Positions 38,584 to 48,158 of a DNA stretch of 64,000 bases are shown here, in pieces. Source of the stretch: an uncultured Chloroflexia bacterium (GTDB taxonomy: Bacteria > Chloroflexota > Limnocylindria > Limnocylindrales > CSP1-4); assembly GCA_963813335.1 (NCBI GenBank), contig CAWEYL010000001.1, positions 704,001 to 768,000 on the forward strand, given 5' to 3'. The notes beneath the pieces are model-generated. The model did no database searches and was not told the DNA's origin. It saw only the letters and a program-made list of their open reading frames with translations. Numbering within the stretch: the stretch's first letter is position 1; every line of letters starts with the position of its first letter. The translations under genes were made by a program, and so were the position numbers.

Positions 38584-40299
38584 ATGGCTGGTGAATTCGA
38601 CATCGTTGGCTCGAACGCGGCCGCGCGCTTCAGTCTGCGGGTGCACCGCGGCGAGGGGATGGCCCTGCTCGCCATGGACTGGCGGAACGGCCAGCCGCCG
38701 GCCGACTTCGTCGGGTTCTCGATCGAGTATCGACCGCCCAGCAGCCTGTCCTTCTTCGCCCTGAGCAACCGGTTGGCCTTCACGACCGCACCGGCCAACG
38801 TCGGCCCGAACCCGAAGTCCACGCTGTTCGCCCCGATCCAGAAGTTCCGCTGGGTCCATTTCCCGTATGACCCCGAGCAGACGGGCGCGTATCGCTACCG
38901 GGTCCGCCCGGCATTCATGGACGCCGGGCGCACGATCACCTGGGGCGACGCCCAGGAGGTCGACATCGAGCTGCGTCGGGAGACCTACCCGGGGGTGCTG
39001 AACGTCGCCTTCGCCCGGGGCTTCGTCTCGTCGCAGGCGTTCGTCGACCGCTACGAGAGCGCCGGCAAGATCTCGACCCTGCTGCCGTCGACCGCGGCCA
39101 AGGGGCTGACGTTCCAGCCGACGCATCCGAAGACCGCCGACGCGCTCGCATGGATGGGGTTCGAGGCGCGGAGCGCGATCCTGCAGGTGCTCGACGAGGC
39201 GATCGCCGACGTCAGCGCCGAGGTGCGGGTCGTGGCGTACGACCTGAACGAGCCGGAGATCGTCGGCCGGCTCGAGCAGCTCGGCGCGCGGCTCAAGGTC
39301 ATCATCGACGACGACGGCGACCACGGCGCCGCGGGGTCGGCCGAGGACCAGGCGGAGGCGAGGCTGAAGGTCAGCGCCGGATCGACCCACGTCAAGCGCC
39401 AGCACATGGGCAAGCTGCAGCACAACAAGACGATCGTGGTCCAGGGCGACAGCGTCCAGGCCGTCGTCTGCGGCTCGACGAACTTCTCCTGGCGCGGCCT
39501 GTACGTCCAGGCCAACAACGCGATCGTCCTGCGCGGCATCAAGCCGGCCAAGGTCTTCCGGACGGCGTTCGACGGCTACTGGGCGAAGGGCGTGCCCGCC
39601 ACGTTCGGGGTGACCCTCTCGACGAGCTGGCGCGACCTGGGGCTGCCCGGCATCGACGCGAAGGTCTCGTTCTCCCCACACGCCTCGTCCAATGCCCGGC
39701 TCAAGGCGGTGTCGGACGACATCGGGCTCGCCTCGTCGAGCGTCCTCTACTCGCTGGCGTTCCTGTACATGACGACCAAGGGGCCCGTGTTCGACGCCAT
39801 CAAGAAGGTCACGGACGACCCCGACATCTTCGTCTACGGCATGTCCGACAAGAAGGTCGGCGGCGGGATCGACATGCAGCTCCCCGACGGCAAGGTCGCG
39901 CCGCTGAGCCCCCAGGCGCTCACCGAGCACGTCCCGCAGCCGTTCAAGCGCGAGCCGAGCGCGGCCGGCGGGGTGCGGATGCATCACAAGTTCGTGGTCA
40001 TCGATTTCGACAAGCCGACCGCCCGGGTGTACACGGGCTCGTACAACTTCTCCGGCGCCGCGGATCTCGACAACGGCGAGAACCTGGTCCGCATCCGCGA
40101 CCGGCGGATCGCCGTCGCGTACATGGTCGAGGCGCTGCGCCTGTTCGACCACTACCACTTCCGCGTGAAGCAGCTCGACGCGGCGACGGCGGCGACGACC
40201 CTTGAGCTCAAGGAGCCGCCGACCGCCGGGAACGCCGCGTGGTGGCTGGAGGACTACACGGACCCGGTCAAGATCCGCGACCGGAAGACGTTCGCGTGA
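38584..40299 (+). CDS. phospholipase D-superfamily protein (two HKD-type motifs)
   Basis: HNKTIVVQ...GSTN and HHKFVVID...GSYN; GGAGGGG RBS. Confidence 0.88.
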   Translation: MAGEFDIVGSNAAARFSLRVHRGEGMALLAMDWRNGQPPADFVGFSIEYRPPSSLSFFALSNRLAFTTAPANVGPNPKSTLFAPIQKFRWVHFPYDPEQTGAYRYRVRPAFMDAGRTITWGDAQEVDIELRRETYPGVLNVAFARGFVSSQAFVDRYESAGKISTLLPSTAAKGLTFQPTHPKTADALAWMGFEARSAILQVLDEAIADVSAEVRVVAYDLNEPEIVGRLEQLGARLKVIIDDDGDHGAAGSAEDQAEARLKVSAGSTHVKRQHMGKLQHNKTIVVQGDSVQAVVCGSTNFSWRGLYVQANNAIVLRGIKPAKVFRTAFDGYWAKGVPATFGVTLSTSWRDLGLPGIDAKVSFSPHASSNARLKAVSDDIGLASSSVLYSLAFLYMTTKGPVFDAIKKVTDDPDIFVYGMSDKKVGGGIDMQLPDGKVAPLSPQALTEHVPQPFKREPSAAGGVRMHHKFVVIDFDKPTARVYTGSYNFSGAADLDNGENLVRIRDRRIAVAYMVEALRLFDHYHFRVKQLDAATAATTLELKEPPTAGNAAWWLEDYTDPVKIRDRKTFA

Positions 40300-41137
40300 C
40301 GGCGTCGCTACCCTGCGGGCGCATGACGATCACGGCTTCGAGGTACTCGCTCGACACGACCATCGTGCCGTCCTCCGCGCGGTTGAACTGGGCGATGAGG
40401 TCGACGATATCGGCCTCGAGGCCGGCGTAGCCCACCACGCCGACCGCCTCGAACGCCTTGAGCGTCGGTCCGTAGTAGCGGCGCCAGTAGTCGACGAACG
40501 CCGCGGGCGACCGATCGCGGAAGGTGAGCGTGCGCGTCTCGGCGCGCAGCTCGGCGATGCTGTCGCCGAACAGCTCCTGGAGCCGCTCCTCGGTGCCCCA
40601 CTGGATCGGCGAGCGCAGGCCCGCCGGCGGCGGGACGTGCCGGCCGATGGTCTTGAAGAGCTGGCCGATGAACCCCGACGGCGTGTGGGCGACGAGGCCG
40701 ATCCGGCCGCCGGGCCGGGTCACCCGCACGAGTTCGTTCGCGGTCTGCTCCTGGTCGGGTGCGAACATCGCCCCGAAGACGGAGCTCACGACATCGACGC
40801 TCTGGTCGGCGACGGGGAGCGCCTCGGCGTCGCCCTCGAGGAACTCGATCTCGAGGCCCTCGGCGGCGGTCCGCCGCCGCGCCCGGTCGAGGAGGGACGG
40901 CACGTAGTCGACGCCGACGACGTCACAGCCACGCCGCGCGGCCGCGAGCGCGGCGTTGCCGCTCCCGGTCGCCACGTCGAGGACGCGCTCGGTCGAGCGG
41001 ACGTCCAGCGTCTCGATCAACAGCTCCGCCACGATCAGGATCTGCGTCCCGACCATGTGGTAGTCGCCGCTGGACCACGTCGCCTGCTGGCGCTGCTTGA
41101 TGGCGGCCAGGTCGGGCCGCGCTGTCATGACGGTCAT
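40268..41137 (-). CDS. class I SAM-dependent methyltransferase (UbiE-like)
   Basis: VLDVATGSGN, GDAEALP, SVFGAMF, RPGGRI. Confidence 0.9.
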   Translation of the reverse strand: MTVMTARPDLAAIKQRQQATWSSGDYHMVGTQILIVAELLIETLDVRSTERVLDVATGSGNAALAAARRGCDVVGVDYVPSLLDRARRRTAAEGLEIEFLEGDAEALPVADQSVDVVSSVFGAMFAPDQEQTANELVRVTRPGGRIGLVAHTPSGFIGQLFKTIGRHVPPPAGLRSPIQWGTEERLQELFGDSIAELRAETRTLTFRDRSPAAFVDYWRRYYGPTLKAFEAVGVVGYAGLEADIVDLIAQFNRAEDGTMVVSSEYLEAVIVMRPQGSDAVTRTSSGRGS

Positions 41138-41202
41138 GTGTCGCTCCTTGTTCGGAAGGGTCGGTGTGGATGTCGCTGTCGGGCATGCGCGGGCTCGGCG
41201 GC

Positions 41203-41295
41203 CTACCGCCGGAACCCGTCCCGCGTGTCGACCCCGAGGACGACGGCGAAGATGCCGAGGACCGCGAGGGCGACGAGGACTGCGAAGAGGACCAT
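41203..41295 (-). CDS. 30-aa membrane peptide with GVDTRD tail
   Basis: MVLFAVLVALAVLGIFAVVLGVDTRDGFRR; AGAGGAG RBS; not in the ORF track. Confidence 0.65.
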   Translation of the reverse strand: MVLFAVLVALAVLGIFAVVLGVDTRDGFRR

Positions 41296-41460
41296 GAGAA
41301 GACTCCTCTGACCTGGGTCAGTGCTGGCTGGTATGCCCACAGCCTCGGGTCTTTAGGGGCAGTGGCACATCGGGAGGAGTGGCTATTTCTCCGGTCCGCA
41401 CCCTTTAGGGCCGCCGTGGCGTGCCATCATCGCGATGACCCGTGGACTGAAGGAGACGCC

Positions 41461-41829
41461 TTGGCCGGACCCGCGACCGTCGACGACTACCTGGCCGCAC
41501 TCCCGCCCGAGCGGCGGGTCGGCGTCGAGGAGCTGCGCCGCGCGGTCAGGACCGCCGCTCCCGAGGCCACCGAGACCATCGCCTACCAGATGCCCGCGCT
41601 GCGCGGCCGCGGCGGGCAGTTCCTGGTGTCGTACGCCGCGTTCAAGCGGCACTACAGCCTCTTCCCGGCCAGCGGCGCGGTCATCGAGGCGCTGGGCGAC
41701 GAGCTGACGCCCTACCTGGCGGGGAAGGGGACCATCCGGTTCCCGGCCTCGGAGCCGATCCCGACGGACCTCGTGACGCGGATCGTCAAGGTGCGGCTGA
41801 CCGAGAACGCCGAGCACGCACCGCGGTGA
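41461..41829 (+). CDS. DUF1801 / YdhG-like protein
   Basis: TVDDYLAAL, ETIAYQMP, KGTIRFP; AAGGAG RBS before TTG. Confidence 0.88.
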   Translation: MAGPATVDDYLAALPPERRVGVEELRRAVRTAAPEATETIAYQMPALRGRGGQFLVSYAAFKRHYSLFPASGAVIEALGDELTPYLAGKGTIRFPASEPIPTDLVTRIVKVRLTENAEHAPR

Positions 41830-42218
41830 GCTCCGTCCTCCTCGTGATGTACCTCTTCGTCTGGGTGTGGACGATGGGGTTCCTGATCACGGCGATGTAT
41901 CTCGGCGCCGGGATGGCATCGATCCGCCGGCAGCTCCCGATGCTCGCCCTGGTCGCGGTCGGGACGCTGGTCACGATCGCTGCGGTCGCGATCCTGCCCG
42001 GGATCGTCGGCGAAGGCGGCATCTTCCTGCTGCTCATCGCAGCGAACGTGATGTTCTTCGTCTGGAGCCGGTCCCGCCGGAGCAGGCCGGTCCCCGCGGA
42101 TCCGGAACGCCTGGCGCGGGCGAGGCCGGCCCTGCGCGGACTCGCGATCGTCTACGTCATCGGCCTCGCGGCGGCCATGGTGATCGTGATCGTCGAGACG
42201 TCCAGGCCGGTCGGCTAG
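41826..42218 (+). CDS. hypothetical membrane protein
   Basis: About 4 hydrophobic segments; GTGA overlap. Confidence 0.65.
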   Translation: MSSVLLVMYLFVWVWTMGFLITAMYLGAGMASIRRQLPMLALVAVGTLVTIAAVAILPGIVGEGGIFLLLIAANVMFFVWSRSRRSRPVPADPERLARARPALRGLAIVYVIGLAAAMVIVIVETSRPVG

Positions 42219-42829
42219 CCCACCCGCAGGCCGAGCGCCTCGGCGATCGCCACCGCCTGCTCGATATCGATCTTCGCGCCGACGATGTCCACGTTGAGCG
42301 GGTCGAGCGAGGAGAGGTCGCTGCCGCGCAGGTCCGAGCCGTGGAACGACGCCCGATGCAGCCGGGCGCCCGACAGGTCCACGTCGCGGACGGTCGCGCC
42401 ATCGAACCGCGCTCCGGACAGGTCCGCCTCGCGCATCCGGACCGTGCGGAAGGTCGCCTCGGCCAGGTCGGCCCCCGGCAGGCCGACGAGGGACCAGTCA
42501 CCGCCCTCGACAGCCATCAGCTTGTGGTCGCAGCGGTCGAACTGGCTGCCGACGAGCTTGCAGGTCGTGAACGCGACATCGAAGAACGAGCAGTGGACGA
42601 ACGTGCAGTTGGTGAAGGCCGTGTCGATCAGCTTCGACGCGTTGAAGCGGACCTCGCGGAACGTGCAGTCGGCGAAGAGGGCGCCGCGCACGACCACGTC
42701 CGACAGGTCGACCCCGTCGAACAGGACGGCGTCGTGGTGCGAGCCCGACAGCGGCGCCTCGCCCCATGCCGCCGCATCGAACGTCGAGGTCGTCGGCGGG
42801 CGCGGGTCGCCAGTCGAGTGATCGGCCAT
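42215..42829 (-). CDS. pentapeptide repeat protein (MfpA/Qnr-like)
   Basis: Repeats FTNCT FVHCS, ADLSG ARFDG, SDLRG SDLSS. Confidence 0.9.
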   Translation of the reverse strand: MADHSTGDPRPPTTSTFDAAAWGEAPLSGSHHDAVLFDGVDLSDVVVRGALFADCTFREVRFNASKLIDTAFTNCTFVHCSFFDVAFTTCKLVGSQFDRCDHKLMAVEGGDWSLVGLPGADLAEATFRTVRMREADLSGARFDGATVRDVDLSGARLHRASFHGSDLRGSDLSSLDPLNVDIVGAKIDIEQAVAIAEALGLRVG

Positions 42830-42959
42830 CTGCCAATCAAACCATGCGGCGGTGCCAGTCGTAGGCACCGACGAGGGATTCGTGCCATCGTCTCCCTGAC
42901 GACCCGCGGCGTGCCCAGTCCGCCGGCCTATCACCGCGACCCCGCGAAGGAGCTCCCCC

Positions 42960-43388
42960 TTGACGGACACTGCCGCACCGACCTTCGAAGACCGCGTCAT
43001 CGCCGACATGCGCGCCCACGATGGGAACGTCACCAGCGGACCGCTGGCCGGACATCCGCTGCTGATCATGACGGCCGTCGGCGCGGTGTCCGGGCTCCCT
43101 CGTCGCTCGCTCCTCACATGGTCCCGCGACGGCGACGACTACATGGTGGCGGGCACGAATGGCGGGTCGCGGACGGATCCCGCGTGGGCCCGCAACATCG
43201 TCGCCAACCCCGACGTGACGATCGAGGTCGGCAACCGCGAGTTCGCGGCGGCCGCGGCCATCGTCGACGAGACCGATCGCCCCCGCCTCTGGGACGCGCA
43301 CGTGGCCGCCCTGCCGTGGTTCGCCGACTATCCCGCCAAGTCCGGCCGCGCTATCCCGATGGCGCGCATCTCGCTGAAGGCCCGCTGA
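42960..43388 (+). CDS. deazaflavin (F420)-dependent nitroreductase family protein (Ddn-like)
   Basis: GAVSGLPRR, TNGG..DPAWARNIVANPDVTIE, GRAIP. Confidence 0.85.
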   Translation: MTDTAAPTFEDRVIADMRAHDGNVTSGPLAGHPLLIMTAVGAVSGLPRRSLLTWSRDGDDYMVAGTNGGSRTDPAWARNIVANPDVTIEVGNREFAAAAAIVDETDRPRLWDAHVAALPWFADYPAKSGRAIPMARISLKAR

Positions 43389-43419
43389 CCGCCCGCCGCG
43401 GTCCTGTCACGCTGCGACG

Positions 43420-44127
43420 ATGCGAACGGAACGCGTCTTCGGGATCGTCGGTGGGACCGGTCCGGAATCGACCATCGACTACTACCGGTCGCTCGGCTCG
43501 ACCTGGCGGCGGCGCCGCCCCGACGGCACGCACCCGCGGGTGATCATCGACAGCGTCGATGGCGGCACGGTGATCCGCCTCCTCGGCGAGGGCGAGTACG
43601 CCACGGTCGGCCGCGCGTTCGGCGCTGCCGTCGCGGAGCTGGCGGCCGCCGGCTGCGGTGCGGCGCTGATCGCCTCGAACCTCGGTCACATGGCGTTCGA
43701 GCACCTCGATCCGCCCCCGGCCATCCCGCTGATCCACATCGTGGACGCGGCGCTCGCGGCCGCAGTCGCCGGCGGCTATCGGCGGGTCGGCATCATCGGT
43801 ACGCGGTTCGTGGTCGAGTCGCGGCTCTACCCGGACCGCTTCGACCCTGCCGGCATCCGGATCGTCCAGCCGACGGCCGCCGAGGAGGACGTCGTCCACG
43901 GCATCTACTACGGCGAGCTGCTCGATGGCGTGATCCGCGACGAGAGCCGTGAGCGGATCGTGGCCGTCATCGCGGCGATGCGCGACCGCGACCGCATCGA
44001 CGCCCTGCTCCTCGGCGGCACGGAGCTCGCGCTGATCCTGACCGAGCCGTCCTATGCCGGCGTCCCGGTCCTGAATACCGCCCAGATCCAGGTCGACGCG
44101 GCCGTCGACTGGCTGCTCGGGGAGTAG
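43420..44127 (+). CDS. aspartate/glutamate racemase family protein
   Basis: GIVGGTGPESTIDYYR, IPLIHI, GTRF, LGGTEL. Confidence 0.85.
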   Translation: MRTERVFGIVGGTGPESTIDYYRSLGSTWRRRRPDGTHPRVIIDSVDGGTVIRLLGEGEYATVGRAFGAAVAELAAAGCGAALIASNLGHMAFEHLDPPPAIPLIHIVDAALAAAVAGGYRRVGIIGTRFVVESRLYPDRFDPAGIRIVQPTAAEEDVVHGIYYGELLDGVIRDESRERIVAVIAAMRDRDRIDALLLGGTELALILTEPSYAGVPVLNTAQIQVDAAVDWLLGE

Positions 44128-44161
44128 CGCGGGACCGGCGCCGAACCCCTACTCTCGACGC

Positions 44162-45100
44162 ATGACTGACGAACCCCTCGACTCCCCCCTCTACCGGTTC
44201 ACCGACAGCGCGCTCGCCCGGCCGCTGCATCCGGCGCTCGCGGGCGCCCGGGCCGATGTCGTCGCCGCCGCGCGCGACCTGCTGGCCATCCCCGAAGCCG
44301 CCCTGACCCGCCCATGGGCCTGGATCGGCGGCAGCGAGGAGGAGGTCCGCTACGGCGCCTACCGCGCCGCCGAGGCGCTCGAGCTGGCCGAGATCGAGGC
44401 ACGCTCAGCCGCGTCCGCCGTCGATCCGGACGAACGGCGGGCGGCCAGGCTCATCGGTCCGACCACGGCGGCGCGCTGGGACCTCCACGGCCTGCTCCTG
44501 CCCCTCGACGACACGCTGCTCGACGCCGATCCCGGGGGAGGGGAGTGGTCGATCCGTCTCACCATGGGTCACATCATCGGCGGCCAGCGCGGGTACGGCG
44601 GCGGATCGGCCTGGTGGCTCGCCCAGGGGTTCGCGGCCGGCGACCCGGCGATGCCGGGTGGCGCTCCCGACTCGCTGTGGGCCGACCAGCCCGACGAAGC
44701 AACGACCGAGGCCGCGGGCACGGTCGACGAGCTCCTCGCTCGGCTCGACGGCATCACGGACCTCACCACGGAGCGGCTGGCCGGCATGACGGACGAGCAG
44801 GCCGCGCTGGGCGCCACCTGGGCCGGCTTCCGGGTCACGCTGGCCTTCCGGTTCGGGCGCTGGTCGTCGCACATCCGCGAGCACGCCATCCAGATCGAGA
44901 AGACCTTCGCGATGGTCGGGCACACGCCCGACGAGCGGGCGCGGCTGGTGCGCAACCTGCTCGCGGCCTACGGACGCGCCGAGTCCGTCGTCTTCGGCCG
45001 GGTCGGCGTCGATGCCGCCGTCGAGCGCATCGTCGCGGGCGCCGCCGAGGCCAGGGCGGCCGTCGCATCGGCGAGGGCCGCGGCGGGCGGCACCGGCTGA
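44162..45100 (+). CDS. DinB-family protein (two domains)
   Basis: GEWSIRLTMGHI and HIREHAIQIEK motifs. Confidence 0.7.
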   Translation: MTDEPLDSPLYRFTDSALARPLHPALAGARADVVAAARDLLAIPEAALTRPWAWIGGSEEEVRYGAYRAAEALELAEIEARSAASAVDPDERRAARLIGPTTAARWDLHGLLLPLDDTLLDADPGGGEWSIRLTMGHIIGGQRGYGGGSAWWLAQGFAAGDPAMPGGAPDSLWADQPDEATTEAAGTVDELLARLDGITDLTTERLAGMTDEQAALGATWAGFRVTLAFRFGRWSSHIREHAIQIEKTFAMVGHTPDERARLVRNLLAAYGRAESVVFGRVGVDAAVERIVAGAAEARAAVASARAAAGGTG

Positions 45101-45113
45101 CGCCTGGACGCCG

Positions 45114-46080
45114 ATGGCGCAAGGTCCTGCTGATCGACCCGGCGCTCGCCACGTTCCGCGAGCGGTTCGGCGCCCGCCTCCCGGACGGGGTCGAGGTCGT
45201 CGCGGTCTCGAGCTTCGATGCCGACGAGTTCGCCCGGCTCGCCCTGGACGCCGAGATCTTCGTGAACGCCCGCCGCCCGGTCGATGCGGCGCTCCTGGCC
45301 ATGGCGCCGGACGTCCGCTTCATCCAGCAGATCGGGGTGGGGACGGACCCGATCGACCTGGCGGCCGTCGAGTCGCGTGGCCTCCTCGTGGCGTATAACC
45401 CGGGCGTCAACAAGACCGGGGCCGCCGAGCACGTGGTGATGCTCATGCTGGCCTTGCTCAAGCGACTGCCGGACACGGAGCGTGCGACACGCGCCGGACG
45501 CTTCGAGCCGTCCGAGGTCATCGCGGCCGGGATCGACGACATGGCGGACGCGACCGTCGGGCTCATCGGGCTCGGGCAGATCGGGCAGTCCGTCGCCGAA
45601 CGCCTGGTCCCGTTCGGGCCGCGGATCGTCTACTCCGCGCGTCACGCGGTGCCGGAGGCCGAGGAAGGCCTCGGCGTCGAGCGGCTGGCCATCCCCGAGC
45701 TCCTGGCGGCATCGACGATCGTCAGCCTGCATTTGCCGCTGTCGTCCGAGACGCGCAACCTGATCGGCGCGCCCGAGCTCGCGCGGATGCCGCGCGGCAG
45801 CTACCTCGTCAACACCGGCCGCGGCGGCCTGGTCGACGAGGGTGCGCTCCGCGAGGCGATCGAGACCGGCCACCTGGCCGGCGCCGCGCTGGACGTCATC
45901 GAGCGCGAGAACGAGGGCGTGAACCCGTTCGCGGACCTGCCGAACGTGCTCGTGACGCCGCACATCGGCGGCGGCAGCCGGAACAGCATGTCGAACGTCG
46001 TCGAGCGCTGTACGGCGAACATCCGCCGCTACCTCGCCGGGGAGCCCGTCCTCGACGCCGTCGTCACTTCGGCGGGGTGA
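45114..46080 (+). CDS. D-2-hydroxyacid dehydrogenase (1-nt indel at the start)
   Basis: GLIGLGQIG, LHLPL, NTGRG, LDV..E, TPHIGG; ATG 45114 is one base out of frame with KVLLID. Confidence 0.9.
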
Positions 46081-48100
46081 CGGCGACGCCCTTGACCGTG
46101 ACGTCGAAGACCGTCTTCGACACGCCGACCGGGACGGTCTTCTTGATCTTGAGCGTGCCGCCATCGCCGTCGATGGTCATCACCCCCAGCAGATCGATGA
46201 AGTCTCCTGTGAACCCGTTCGGGCCTGACTGGGCGACCTGCTCCAGGGGGATGCCATAACAGTCGCCAGAGGTCGTGAACTTGCTGCCAGGCGCGAGCGT
46301 GATGAGCCATTTCGGCGGGGTCGCCGGGTCTTCGGCCGCTCCGCGCGTGGCCCGCAGCATCACCGTCCCCTTCTCCTTGAATGCGGCTGGGCACGGGATG
46401 TCCCCGAGCAGCTGGATCGACGTCGTCGCCGGCGCCGAACCCAGGTATGACCCGTCGGGCTGCCTCGCGAGCCGGAGCTTGGTGACCTTGACCGTCGTCC
46501 GATAGGAGGCACCGAGCGCGCTCGTCGTCGAGCTGCCGTCGACGGTCACCTCGAGTTCCTTGCCCCCGACCGTGAACGTCGCCGTCGTCTCGCCGATCCC
46601 GCGGTTCGAGACCGACTTGAAGGTCACGATGCCGGCGTCCTGCGGACTCGGTCCGGCGCTGTACTTGAACGTCGCCGGTGACGGCACCTTCGTCCCCGAT
46701 GGCTCGATCGACTTGACGCCCGTCATCGTGGCCTGGACCGGCTTGTCGAGTTCCGTGTTCTCGAACTTGTGGCGGACCTTCGCGGTCACCGTCATGGTCG
46801 AGCCCGCCCCGACATCGCCGCCGTTCGGGTCGACCGCGACCTCGATGCACTTCCCCGACCGCCAGAACTTCTCGGCGGCTTTCCCCGTGACGTGGACGGC
46901 GAGCCCCACGACGTTCCGCGAGCCCTTGCTCGCGTCGGCGATCTCGGCCATCGTCGTTCCATGCCCCTCGAAGGTGCTCTCGCCCATCGTGAAGACCCCA
47001 TCCGGGCCAAGCGTCGCTCCGGGACTCTTGGTGGAGATCGCGACGTCCCTGAGGTCGGTCTGACCCGCTCCCGGAGCCTTGGTTCCGCCCTTGGACGTGT
47101 GGTCGGTGGTCATGCTGACGGAATCGTGGTCCAGCTCGGCCTGATCGTTCGCAAAGATCTGGACGTCCGCCTTGTCGTCGTCCTGCCACGAGTTCCCGAT
47201 GCGGCCGCCGTCGCCTGAGACGAAGTACAGCTCGCTCGCCGAGAACTCCATGCTGGCGTTGGAGACGCCGCCTGCGTCCGGGCAGGCCTGGACCTCGATA
47301 TGCGCGTGACCATTCCCGTCGATCCGGAAGATCAGGCGGCCGTCCGCGTCGCTCACCTCGCCCTTGGTCTTCGTGGCGACGTCGACGACGACGCGGCTCC
47401 CGGAGGGTGTGACCGAGACGGTGCTGTCGGTCGTGACCGTTCCCTTGCTGGGACCCAGCTGGACCGCGCTCTCATCGTGCGACGACTTGGAGTACGCGCT
47501 TCCGGCCCCCAACCGGCTGTCCACGAGCATGACCGAGGCGATCCACGGTCCGAGGTACGACATGCCCGGCGGTGGGATCGACGCCACACGCGGCTCGGAG
47601 CGCGGCAGGCGGACCGAGGCGAGGATCGCGGTCGGGCCGCGGGACACGACAACCGCCGTCGCGTCATCGACGATCGCCCAGAGCTGGTCCGATCCCGCCT
47701 GGTCCAGCGCCGTCGCGACGGTTGCCGCGTCCGGCCCCAGCGCGTCGGCCATCGCTGCCTTGGTCCGGCCGGCCGCGCGGACGGCGTTCTCCTGCGCGGC
47801 TGCCGGGATCCGGAAGTCGCCACTCGTGTCGAACGCGATCGGGTCGCCCGTGAGCGCACCGCTCGGCGGCGCCGGCGCACCATCGCCAGCCTGGCTGGCC
47901 GGGACAGGCGTCGCGGCCGATGTGCTCGCCGCCGGCGGCCCGCTCGTCACCGGCGTCGTGCCACCACAGGCCGTCGCGACCAGGACGATCGTCGGCAGCA
48001 GGATCCGCCATGACGATCGGCTGCTACCGGCCACGGTCGCCCTCCGGATCGGCGACCGCCCGGGTCGTCCGCGGATCGGGAGGGATCCCGACTCGGGCAT
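46064..48100 (-). CDS. hypothetical lipoprotein, beta-rich
   Basis: Long ORF with lipobox LVATAC, P/A/S linker and Thr/Val-rich domains; start uncertain. Confidence 0.75.
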   Translation of the reverse strand: MPESGSLPIRGRPGRSPIRRATVAGSSRSSWRILLPTIVLVATACGGTTPVTSGPPAASTSAATPVPASQAGDGAPAPPSGALTGDPIAFDTSGDFRIPAAAQENAVRAAGRTKAAMADALGPDAATVATALDQAGSDQLWAIVDDATAVVVSRGPTAILASVRLPRSEPRVASIPPPGMSYLGPWIASVMLVDSRLGAGSAYSKSSHDESAVQLGPSKGTVTTDSTVSVTPSGSRVVVDVATKTKGEVSDADGRLIFRIDGNGHAHIEVQACPDAGGVSNASMEFSASELYFVSGDGGRIGNSWQDDDKADVQIFANDQAELDHDSVSMTTDHTSKGGTKAPGAGQTDLRDVAISTKSPGATLGPDGVFTMGESTFEGHGTTMAEIADASKGSRNVVGLAVHVTGKAAEKFWRSGKCIEVAVDPNGGDVGAGSTMTVTAKVRHKFENTELDKPVQATMTGVKSIEPSGTKVPSPATFKYSAGPSPQDAGIVTFKSVSNRGIGETTATFTVGGKELEVTVDGSSTTSALGASYRTTVKVTKLRLARQPDGSYLGSAPATTSIQLLGDIPCPAAFKEKGTVMLRATRGAAEDPATPPKWLITLAPGSKFTTSGDCYGIPLEQVAQSGPNGFTGDFIDLLGVMTIDGDGGTLKIKKTVPVGVSKTVFDVTVKGVAVTPPK

Positions 48101-48158
48101 TGTGACCCTCGCCGACACGCGACGTTCCGTCATCCGCCGCGGCGTAGCATGTCCCGTC

